The translations under genes and the position numbers were made by a program. The notes under the pieces were generated by a model, which was not told the origin of the DNA, did no database searches, and was given only the letters and a program-made list of their open reading frames with translations. Positions 40,285 through 47,905 of a stretch of DNA of 60,280 nucleotides are shown here, in pieces. This DNA is from Acidobacteriota bacterium (GTDB lineage Bacteria > Acidobacteriota > Thermoanaerobaculia > UBA5066 > Gp7-AA6), in contig JBKOZO010000083.1 of assembly GCA_046725935.1 (NCBI GenBank), positions 1-60,280 on the forward strand, in the 5' to 3' direction. The stretch's first letter is position 1; each line of letters starts with the position of its first letter.

Positions 40285-40721
40285 CGATCGGCCTCCCCGC
40301 CGTCGCGCCGGCGCCTCTCCCGCACCAGCGCCTCGAGCTCCGCGAGGAGACGCGCGTCGTGCCGGCCCACCGCATCCACGAAAAACGACAGCGCGGGCTT
40401 CAAGGACCGGGGATTTCCCTCGACCAGCGCCGACAGCGCTTCGGCCGCCAGCCGCGCCTCGAGCTCCTGCCGTCGGTAGAGAGGACGATAGAGGTACGCC
40501 CGTCCCGCGCGCCCGCGCTCGAGGAGCCCCTTTCGGAACAGGCGGTCGAGCGTCGTCATCAGCGTCGTGTAGGCGGAGTCGGGGAAGTCCTCCGACACGT
40601 CGCGCACGCTCGCATAACGCCCGCGGCGCCACAGCGACTCGAGCACGCGCCGCTCGAGAGACCCGAGGGCCGGAGCGAGACGGTTGCGCGACAGCGCGCG
40701 GAGCAGATCGGGAATCTTCAC
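40281..40721 (-). CDS. BlaI/MecI/CopY family transcriptional repressor
   Basis: LGSLERRVLESLW, AYTTLMTTLDRLFRKGLL, GRAYLY. Confidence 0.92.
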   Translation of the reverse strand: MKIPDLLRALSRNRLAPALGSLERRVLESLWRRGRYASVRDVSEDFPDSAYTTLMTTLDRLFRKGLLERGRAGRAYLYRPLYRRQELEARLAAEALSALVEGNPRSLKPALSFFVDAVGRHDARLLAELEALVRERRRRDGGEADR

Positions 40722-40758
40722 GTGGGAGGCGGCGCGGATTATAGACCGCGCGCCCGGA

Positions 40759-41604
40759 TCAGCTCGTGCGCACGCCCTGGAACATGCCTTCCGCGACCCA
40801 GTCGCGCAGCCACCGGAAGAGCTGATCGCCGGCGTTGCCCTGCAGCTTGCGCGCCGTCGCGGCGACGGCCTTCCCGAAGGGGCGCCCGCTCGAAAGCGCG
40901 CGGAGGAATTCGTAGGCGTCCCTGCCGAGGTTCAGGCGCCAGACCTCGTAGTTCTTGCGCCATACGACGACGAAGGTGGACTTCCGCCCGATGTCGGGAT
41001 GGTCGTGGTTCTCGTCCTTGACGGACTGGAAGTATGCGTTGACCGGGTACGAAAACGCGAGCGTGCGAAACGCCGCGATCGGCACGAAGACGGCGCCCGG
41101 CCAGGCGTCCTGCGGAAGGCGCTCGATCTCCTCAGCCGGCCAGTCCGGGGATCGGTCCGCGTCGAACACCTCGGTGACCGCGCGCTCCAGCCGCGCCAGA
41201 TCCGCGGCGAACGCCTTCTTCCGGATCCCGCGGGTCGCGCGGATGAACTCGGGCAGAGCTTCGCCGAGGCGGTTGAGCGTGTAGCTGCGCGAAGGATGCG
41301 CCGCGACGTAGCGCGTGACGAGATCGGCGAACCCGTCCTCGCCCAGGAAGTGGGCCAGGGCGGGATAGTCGTTCTCGAGGGCCTCGACCATGCGGAGCAG
41401 GTACATGCCCTGGTAGACGCCGACCCGCTCGACGGGCGTCAGCGTCCTGGAGGGAAGGATCACGCGATCGATCTCGCCGGGATCGAGCTGCTCGCGCGAC
41501 GCCGGCGCCCCGACCGCTTCCTGGGGCGTGCCGGGCTGCTCGATCACCGCCTGCATCCAGCGCTGCAGGCGCGCGAGCGGGAGGTCAAGAGGCGGCAGCG
41601 GCAA
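40759..41604 (-). CDS. DUF2063 / HvfC-BufC-type MNIO partner protein
   Basis: RVGVYQGMYLLRMVEALENDYP, YVAAHPSRS, DLARLE; directly downstream of DUF692. Confidence 0.85.
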   Translation of the reverse strand: MPLPPLDLPLARLQRWMQAVIEQPGTPQEAVGAPASREQLDPGEIDRVILPSRTLTPVERVGVYQGMYLLRMVEALENDYPALAHFLGEDGFADLVTRYVAAHPSRSYTLNRLGEALPEFIRATRGIRKKAFAADLARLERAVTEVFDADRSPDWPAEEIERLPQDAWPGAVFVPIAAFRTLAFSYPVNAYFQSVKDENHDHPDIGRKSTFVVVWRKNYEVWRLNLGRDAYEFLRALSSGRPFGKAVAATARKLQGNAGDQLFRWLRDWVAEGMFQGVRTS

Positions 41605-42448
41605 CGGCCTTCTCCTCTCCGCGGAATGCGCGGGCCTTCTGCGCCTCCCCGTGGACCACCTCGAACGCCGGGATGTCGGCGTCCCACTCGAGCAGCGTCG
41701 CCACGCGGCCGGTGCGCGCGACCGCGCGCCGGTACAGCTCCCAGACCGGATCGATCACGTAGTCGTTGTGCGTGTCGACGATGTGGGTGCCCTTGTTGGT
41801 GTGGCCCGCCAGGTGGTACTGCACCACGCGCGACGGATCGATCGCGTCGATGTAGCGCTTCGGATCGAAGCCGTGGTTGAACGAGCTGACGTAGACGTTG
41901 TTGACGTCGAGGAGCATCCCGCAGTCGGCCGCCTCCATGAGCCGCCCGAAGAACTCCCACTCGGGCATGCTCGACGCCGCGAACTCGGCGTACGTCGAAG
42001 CGTTCTCGAGAATGAGCGGCCGGCCGAGCGCGTCGGAAACCGCCTTGACGCGATCGGTCACGTGCGCCAGTGCGGCCTCGGTCAAAGGCATCGGGAGCAA
42101 GTCGTGTGTGTTTCGCCCCGCGACACCGGTCCAGCAGAGATGGTCCGACACCCAGCGCGCGCGCGTCGCGTCCGCCAGGGACTTCAGCTTCGCGAGGTAG
42201 CCCCGGTCCAGAGGATCGGAGCCGCCGATCGAAAGGGACACTCCGTGCAGAACGACCGGGTAGCGCTCGGCCACCTGTTCCAGGACCCAGAGGGGCCGGC
42301 CCCCCGTGTCCATGTAGTTCTCGGAGAGGATCTCGAAGAAGTCGACGTCGGGCTTTTTCTCCAGGATGTGCGGGTAGTGGACCGTGCGCAGGCCCAGGCC
42401 GACCCCGAGGTCGGGGAAGCTCCAGCGATTCCGGGTTTCGGGTATCAA
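41585..42448 (-). CDS. DUF692 multinuclear non-heme iron oxidase (MNIO, BufB/HvfB type)
   Basis: GLGLRTVHY, FEILSENY, HGVSLSIG, SDHLCW, LILEN, LLDVNNVYV, HLAGH, DTH, LLEWD. TTG start inferred. Confidence 0.95.
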   Translation of the reverse strand: MIPETRNRWSFPDLGVGLGLRTVHYPHILEKKPDVDFFEILSENYMDTGGRPLWVLEQVAERYPVVLHGVSLSIGGSDPLDRGYLAKLKSLADATRARWVSDHLCWTGVAGRNTHDLLPMPLTEAALAHVTDRVKAVSDALGRPLILENASTYAEFAASSMPEWEFFGRLMEAADCGMLLDVNNVYVSSFNHGFDPKRYIDAIDPSRVVQYHLAGHTNKGTHIVDTHNDYVIDPVWELYRRAVARTGRVATLLEWDADIPAFEVVHGEAQKARAFRGEEKAVAAAAS

Positions 42449-42467
42449 GGTTCCAGGTTCCGATAGG

Positions 42468-42500
42468 CCCGGGAGCCGCGGGATCGCCGCGGCCCCCGGG
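42468..42500. terminator. Stem-loop between precursor and MNIO genes (attenuator/mRNA stabiliser)
   Basis: CCCGGGAGCCGCGG-GATCG-CCGCGGCCCCCGGG; no U-tract. Confidence 0.5.
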
Positions 42501-42516
42501 ATTCGCGAAGACCGAG

Positions 42517-42942
42517 TTAGGCCGCCTTCTTCGGAGCCATCGGAACCGCGCAGCCGCCCTTGCCCTTGCAAGAGTTCTTGCCAGCGCAACCGGCGTCGCC
42601 GCTCTTGCAGCCGCCCTGGCCCTTGCACTCGTTCATACCCTTGCAGGAGTGCTTCATCTCGGCCGAGGCGCAGCCTCCCTTGCCCTTGCAAGAGTTCTTG
42701 CCGGCGCATCCGTTGTCGCCGCTCTTACAGCCACCTTTGCCCTTACACGCGTTCATTCCCTTGCACACGTGCTTGTCGGAAGCGGCCTGCGTCTTGTCCT
42801 TGGCCTTCTCGTCGGTCGAAGCCGGTTTCTTCTCGTCGCCCTTCGCCCCGCCGGCCGGCAGCGCCACCATCAGGCCGGAGCCCGCGAGGACGCCCGCGAC
42901 CGCGAGGCCGAGAGCTTTCACCGTCAGATCACCCTTCTTCAT
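42517..42942 (-). CDS. Cys-rich exported RiPP precursor, bufferin BufA2-like, with duplicated core
   Basis: AAAGGAG RBS; signal peptide; two 40-aa units KHxCKGMNxCKGxGGCKSGDxGCAGKNSCKGKGGC (12 Cys); first gene before DUF692/DUF2063. Confidence 0.88.
   Translation of the reverse strand: MKKGDLTVKALGLAVAGVLAGSGLMVALPAGGAKGDEKKPASTDEKAKDKTQAASDKHVCKGMNACKGKGGCKSGDNGCAGKNSCKGKGGCASAEMKHSCKGMNECKGQGGCKSGDAGCAGKNSCKGKGGCAVPMAPKKAA
42549..42775. repeat. Two tandem ~120-bp coding repeats in the Cys-rich precursor
   Basis: GCGCAGCC.CCCTTGCCCTTGCAAGAGTTCTTGCC recurs at an exact 120-bp offset. Confidence 0.85.
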
Positions 42943-43145
42943 CCAAGGTCTCCTTTCGTTGCCCCCTCGCGGGGGGCTCCCCAACGAATCGGCGGGACCG
43001 CCATGGTCCCGTCGAGTGACTCGCCAATCCGGCTCGCGCCCCGGACCGTTTGAATTCGCGAGATCTTATCCCCGCTGCCCCGGTTTCGAGCCTCCCAACG
43101 CCTCGGTGTGACCTCCTCCGAAATGACGCCTGTCCTCGGTGTAGA

Positions 43146-43171
43146 TACGGGACGGCGGCCGGGGCGGATCT
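43146..43171 (-). promoter_or_regulatory. Candidate ECF-sigma promoter for the bufferin-like operon
   Basis: Minus strand AGATCC-N16-CGTA, resembling ECF -35/-10 elements, ~200 bp upstream of the precursor. Confidence 0.35.
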
Positions 43172-43214
43172 CCCGGGGGCGCGGGAGCCACTGTCCCAAG
43201 ATTCTGAAGAGCTG

Positions 43215-43973
43215 TTAAGTCGGCGGCCCTGCCCCCGCAGCGGCCCGGTCGGCAAACCAAAGGAGCTCGCCGTCTCTGGGCTGGATCCGGCCCGCCGGGT
43301 ACTCGGCGGCGGTCTCGGGATTTCGCACCAAAGACAGGATGTCGGCCTTCTGCCCGCCCTCGACCAGAAACAAGACCGCTCTCGCCTCGGCGAACACCGG
43401 AAAGGTCATGGTGATGCGAAACGCCTCGAGCTTGTCGACCCAGGTCGCGACGACGAGCCGGTCCCGGATCTCGAGCGCGGTCGTTCCTGGAAAGAGCGAG
43501 GCCGTGTGGCCTTCGGGACCCAGTCCCAGGTAGACCAGATCGAAGCGCGGAATCTGCCCGAAGGGCGCCGCGAAAGTCTCGCGCAACTCGATTTCGTACC
43601 GGCCCGCCGCTTCGGCGGCTTCGGGAAGCTCGGAAAGGACCCGATGGACGTTGGCCTCGGGGATGGCGATGCGCGAAAGGAGGGCCTCCCGGACCATCCG
43701 ATAGTTGCTCTGCGGATCATCCGGAGGCACATGGCGCTCGTCGCCCCAGAAGAGATGCGTCCGTTCCCAGGGAACCGCCTTGCGATAGGGCTCGTCGGCC
43801 AGGAGAGTGTAGAGGCGTCGGGGCGTGCGTCCGCCGGAGAGTGCCACCGCGAACCGTCCGCGCGCGGCGACGGCCTCGGCGGCGCGGTGCGTGAAGTCCT
43901 CGGCGGCCGCGCGGGCGACCGCGTCCGGATCGGGAAACACGAGGAGGCGTCCCCTCCCCTGCGCGGCGCTCAC
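43215..43973 (-). CDS. pgl: 6-phosphogluconolactonase
   Basis: ALSGGRTP, FWGDERHVPPDDPQSN, LGLGPEGHTASLFP, RITMT. Confidence 0.95.
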   Translation of the reverse strand: MSAAQGRGRLLVFPDPDAVARAAAEDFTHRAAEAVAARGRFAVALSGGRTPRRLYTLLADEPYRKAVPWERTHLFWGDERHVPPDDPQSNYRMVREALLSRIAIPEANVHRVLSELPEAAEAAGRYEIELRETFAAPFGQIPRFDLVYLGLGPEGHTASLFPGTTALEIRDRLVVATWVDKLEAFRITMTFPVFAEARAVLFLVEGGQKADILSLVRNPETAAEYPAGRIQPRDGELLWFADRAAAGAGPPT

Positions 43974-44989
43974 GAGCGCGTCGGCGTCTTGGAACCCTGG
44001 AAGCGTCCCTTATCGACGTCGTGGAGGAACGGGATGAGGGCGTTGAAGTACGCCTCCTGGTCGTCCCACATCGCGAGATGGCTGCCGTTGTCGCAGATGA
44101 CGACGCGCGAGTTGGGAATCAGGCGTCCCATCTTCCGGATGTCCTCCGGATCCATCTCGTCGTAGTGTGCGCCGATCAAGAGCGTCGGGACCATGATCTT
44201 CGCGAGATCGTTCCAGCGGTCCCAGTCCTTGAACGTGCCGGTCACGACGAACTCGTTGGGCCCCTGCATCGTGCCGTAGACCTGAGGGTTGAAGTGCTTG
44301 AAGGCGCGGTCGACCGGGTCGGGCCACGGGTCCAGCCGGCAGACGTGCCGCTTGTAGACCTGCTCCATCATCGCTTGCTTATACTCGGGCGCGTCGTAAG
44401 AGCCGGTCGCCTCGTACTTCTCGAGCGTGGCGAGGACGTCCTTCGGCAGGGCCGCGCGCAGCTTCGCGATGTACGACATGTAGGACGGGATCGACGCCGT
44501 CATGCTCGAGAGCACCAGGCCCTTCAAGTGCTTCTGGTACTTCAGGGCGTACTCGATCGCGAGCATGCTGCCCCACGACTGGCCGTAGAGGATGAAGTTC
44601 TCCAGGGCCAGGCCCGTGCGCACCTGCTCGACCTCCTCGCGGAAGCGGTCAATCTTCCAGAGGCTCGGATCGTCGGGCTGGTCCGAATAGAAAGAGCCGA
44701 GCTGGTCGTAGTACCAGAACTCGACTCCGGCCTGCGGCAGGAAATCTTCGAAGCACTCGAAGTACTCGTGCGTGAACCCGGGGCCGCCGTGCAGGGTCAG
44801 CATCTTGATCGACCCGGATCCGAGCTTCTTCGTCCAGACCTTGTACTTCCCATCGACCGGGATCAACCGGATGCCCGCGGTCCTGACCTCTTTGGACGGG
44901 GTTCCGGGCGCCAGGGCTCGGCCCACGCGCGCATGCAGGTAAGAGGCGGCACCGAGAGCGAAGAGGGAGCGTCGATCGATCGTCGGCAT
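43970..44989 (-). CDS. Proline iminopeptidase-family alpha/beta hydrolase, probable Tat substrate
   Basis: LHGGPG, YDQLG, GQSWG nucleophile elbow, GSHL; N-terminal DRRSLF twin-arginine-like motif. Confidence 0.9.
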   Translation of the reverse strand: MPTIDRRSLFALGAASYLHARVGRALAPGTPSKEVRTAGIRLIPVDGKYKVWTKKLGSGSIKMLTLHGGPGFTHEYFECFEDFLPQAGVEFWYYDQLGSFYSDQPDDPSLWKIDRFREEVEQVRTGLALENFILYGQSWGSMLAIEYALKYQKHLKGLVLSSMTASIPSYMSYIAKLRAALPKDVLATLEKYEATGSYDAPEYKQAMMEQVYKRHVCRLDPWPDPVDRAFKHFNPQVYGTMQGPNEFVVTGTFKDWDRWNDLAKIMVPTLLIGAHYDEMDPEDIRKMGRLIPNSRVVICDNGSHLAMWDDQEAYFNALIPFLHDVDKGRFQGSKTPTRS

Positions 44990-45057
44990 GGCGGGGATCA
45001 TATCGAGGAGGCGCCGCCTCCACGCCCTCACGGCTTTTGGCATAATGCCCCGGTTCC

Positions 45058-45393
45058 ATGGAACTTCAAACTCATGAAGACGGCTCCGTCACGGTACTGA
45101 CCGTGACGGGCGACCTCGTGATCGGCGACGCGGAGGCCACGTTCAAGAAGACCGTGACGCGGCTGCTGGAGGAGGGCCACACCCGTCTGCTCGTGGATCT
45201 TTCGGGAGTCGGCTTCCTCGACAGCTCGGGGCTCGGGGCTCTGGTGCGGGCGCTGACGCAATCGCAGAAGGAGGGGGGCCAGACCAAGCTCCTTCGCGCC
45301 GGCCCTCAGATCCGCAAGCTCCTTCAGATGACCAAGCTCGACTCGGTGTTCGAGATCCACGACGACATGGAGGCCGCCGTCTCCAGCTTCTGA
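45058..45393 (+). CDS. STAS-domain anti-sigma-factor antagonist
   Basis: VDLSGVGFLDSSGLGALV (phosphorylatable Ser), LLQMTKLDSVFEI. Confidence 0.93.
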   Translation: MELQTHEDGSVTVLTVTGDLVIGDAEATFKKTVTRLLEEGHTRLLVDLSGVGFLDSSGLGALVRALTQSQKEGGQTKLLRAGPQIRKLLQMTKLDSVFEIHDDMEAAVSSF

Positions 45394-45445
45394 GGGGTAA
45401 GACTCATCCGGCATCCGGCTCAAGTCGTGTCCACCGAGGAGGCGC

Positions 45446-47905
45446 ATGACGGACGAACCTGAAGAACCGGAAGACGAAGGGGCCGAAGAGCCGGAGGAGT
45501 CCGAGGCCGCCGACGCGGGGACCCAGGACGAAGTCTCGGCTCTGGCCGAGCTGGCGCTCTGCGAAAACCTCTCGCAGACGTCGGGATGGGCGGCTCGCTG
45601 GAGCGCCACGATGTCCGGCGCGGACGCCGCGCTGCTGTGGGCTCCCGACACGGTCCATCCAATTTTTCTCTGCATCGCGGGGTCGGGTCCGGGGGTCGAC
45701 AAGCTCCTGCGGCGATCGGCGCCCCGCGAGACCGGAATCGTGCATGACCTGGTCCGAGACCGGCAGCCCATCGTCCTTGCGGGAGAAGAGCTCACGACCT
45801 CCGATCCCTTCGTGCGAGGGATTCCGCCGACGCTCCGCGCGTGTCTCGCGGTACCGCTCCACGCGGAGGGCCTGGTGGTGGGTCTTCTCGCCCTCTACTT
45901 CAGCCACATGCCCGACGCCGAAGAGGCACTGGCGCGCCTGGAACGGTTCCTCGAGCAGGCGGCGCCGGCTCTGGGCCGGGCCCTGCGGTCCGAGCGAAAG
46001 ACGGTCGGCATGCTCCACGCGATCGAGCGGCTGACCAATCTGTACGACCTTTCGAAAGCGTTCGGCTCGACGATCGACACCGTGGAGCTCTCGGACCTGA
46101 TCGTGCGCAAGGCCGCCGACTTCGTCACGGCCGAATCGGCGTCTCTGTGGATGCTCGACAGCGCCGAGGGCGAGGTCACACTCGCCGCCACGGCCGTCAA
46201 CGAGAACTACGACGTCACTCCGGCGCCCGAAGCGGTCGGCGCGGCGATCGTCGGCGACGTCATCGCCGACCAGTCCACGATGCGGCGCAACCGCATCCCG
46301 GCGGGAGACCCGGCCGCCGAGGAGGATTCGGGTTACCGGATCCAGTCGGTCCTGGCGGCCGCCCTCGTCGAAGACGAGGTGTCGGTCGGCGCGCTCGTCC
46401 TGGCCAACAAGCGCGGCCGCCATCCCGAGTTCTCGGCCGAAGACGAGGAGCTCCTGCAGGACGTCGCCCGCCAGGCCGTCCGCGCGCTGCGCACCGCCCG
46501 GCAGCACGAGGCGGAGAAGAAGGTCCAGGAGCTCGACGCGCTCCTCGCGGTCTCCCGGGAGATCACCGCCACGCTCGACCTCGACAAGGTCATGCAGACG
46601 ATCGTCAACGCGACGTCCGCGCTGATCCACTACGACCGGTGCGGGATCGCCATCCAGGAGAAGGGGAGGCTGCGCCTGGGGGCGGTCTCCGGCTCGACCG
46701 AGGTGGACCGCAAAAACCCGGACACGCGGCGGATGGAGGAGCTCCTCCAGTGGGTCTACCTCTCCGGGACCGACACCACCGTGACCCAGACCGACGACGG
46801 ACAGATCACAGCCGACCGTCCGGAGACCGAGGAGAAATTCCGCGCGATCTTCCAGGAGACGGGGCTGAGGTCTTTCCACGGCGTCCTCCTGAAGGACGAG
46901 GAAGGCAAGCTCGGGGCTCTCGGGTTCGAGAGCAAGGAACCGCTGGTGTTCGACGAGGAGACCCGCGACCTCCTCTCGATCCTGGTCAACCAGGCCACGG
47001 TCGCGGTCCGCAACGCGCAGCTCTACCAGCAGGTGCCGCTGGCCGGCTTCTGGAAGCCGTTGCTCGAGAAGCGGCGCAAGCTCTCGGCGATTCCTCTCTC
47101 GCGCCGCCGCCGCTGGGCGATCGGCGCCGCGGTGGCCGCCCTGATCCTGTTCGTCGCGCCCTGGCCCCTGCGCATCGCCGGACCCGCCCGGGTCCTGCCG
47201 GGCCGACGCGCCGCCGTCACGTCCATGGTGGACGGCGTCGTCGGCACGGTGCTGCGGCGCGAGGGCGACCGCGTCGAAGCCGGCGACGTCATCGCGACGC
47301 TGAAGGACGAGAGCTACCAGGCGGCCCTGGCGCAGGCCCGGTCGAGCCTGGCCATGGCGGAGAGCGACGTGGCGCTGGCGCGCCAGAACGCCGACGCCGG
47401 CGCGGTATTCGACGCCGAGGCCCGGCGGCGCGAGGCGCGCGCCCGCATCGCGCTCGAGGAGGACCGGCTTTCCCGCACACGGCTCACCGCTCCGGCCTCG
47501 GGCGTGATCGTGACTCCTCGAATCGAAGAGCGGGTCGGCCAGCTTCTGCCCAGGGGTATGGAGCTCTGCGTGGTGGCCGACGTGCGCACCGTCCGCGCCG
47601 AGGTGGCCGTGCCCGAGTCCGACGCCGGCCTGGTCCGGCCCGGCCAGAAGGTCGCGCTGAAGTTCAATCCCTATCCCGGCACACTCTTCCGCGGAGAGGT
47701 CGCGCGGGTCGCGCCCCGGATCCGGGAGGAAGGCGATCAGCGTTTTCTGATCGCCGAGGTCGCTGTTCCGAATACCGACGGAAGGCTGAAGACCGGCATG
47801 CTCGGCAACGGCAAGGTCTCCGTCGGGACGCGCCGTGTCGTCACCGCGCTGTTTCGCAAGCCCCTCCGGTATCTCTGGAACAAGATCTGGCCCGCGCTCC
47901 CGTGA
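45446..47905 (+). CDS. Triple-GAF domain protein fused to a HlyD-type membrane fusion domain
   Basis: GAGGAGG RBS; three GAF-like segments (CLAVPL...VVGLL; LYDLSKAF...LVLANK...FSAEDEELL; LLAVSREITATLDLDKV...NAQLY); TM; lipoyl halves (DGVV..V..REGDRVEAGD / LTAPASGVI), beta barrel, LKTGM. Confidence 0.85.
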   Translation: MTDEPEEPEDEGAEEPEESEAADAGTQDEVSALAELALCENLSQTSGWAARWSATMSGADAALLWAPDTVHPIFLCIAGSGPGVDKLLRRSAPRETGIVHDLVRDRQPIVLAGEELTTSDPFVRGIPPTLRACLAVPLHAEGLVVGLLALYFSHMPDAEEALARLERFLEQAAPALGRALRSERKTVGMLHAIERLTNLYDLSKAFGSTIDTVELSDLIVRKAADFVTAESASLWMLDSAEGEVTLAATAVNENYDVTPAPEAVGAAIVGDVIADQSTMRRNRIPAGDPAAEEDSGYRIQSVLAAALVEDEVSVGALVLANKRGRHPEFSAEDEELLQDVARQAVRALRTARQHEAEKKVQELDALLAVSREITATLDLDKVMQTIVNATSALIHYDRCGIAIQEKGRLRLGAVSGSTEVDRKNPDTRRMEELLQWVYLSGTDTTVTQTDDGQITADRPETEEKFRAIFQETGLRSFHGVLLKDEEGKLGALGFESKEPLVFDEETRDLLSILVNQATVAVRNAQLYQQVPLAGFWKPLLEKRRKLSAIPLSRRRRWAIGAAVAALILFVAPWPLRIAGPARVLPGRRAAVTSMVDGVVGTVLRREGDRVEAGDVIATLKDESYQAALAQARSSLAMAESDVALARQNADAGAVFDAEARRREARARIALEEDRLSRTRLTAPASGVIVTPRIEERVGQLLPRGMELCVVADVRTVRAEVAVPESDAGLVRPGQKVALKFNPYPGTLFRGEVARVAPRIREEGDQRFLIAEVAVPNTDGRLKTGMLGNGKVSVGTRRVVTALFRKPLRYLWNKIWPALP

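Noticed and set aside
45841-47901. N-terminal 687 aa of the 1417-aa ORF
   Set aside because: Out-of-frame overlap with the GAF-HlyD gene; the real start is the GTGA-coupled codon at 47902.
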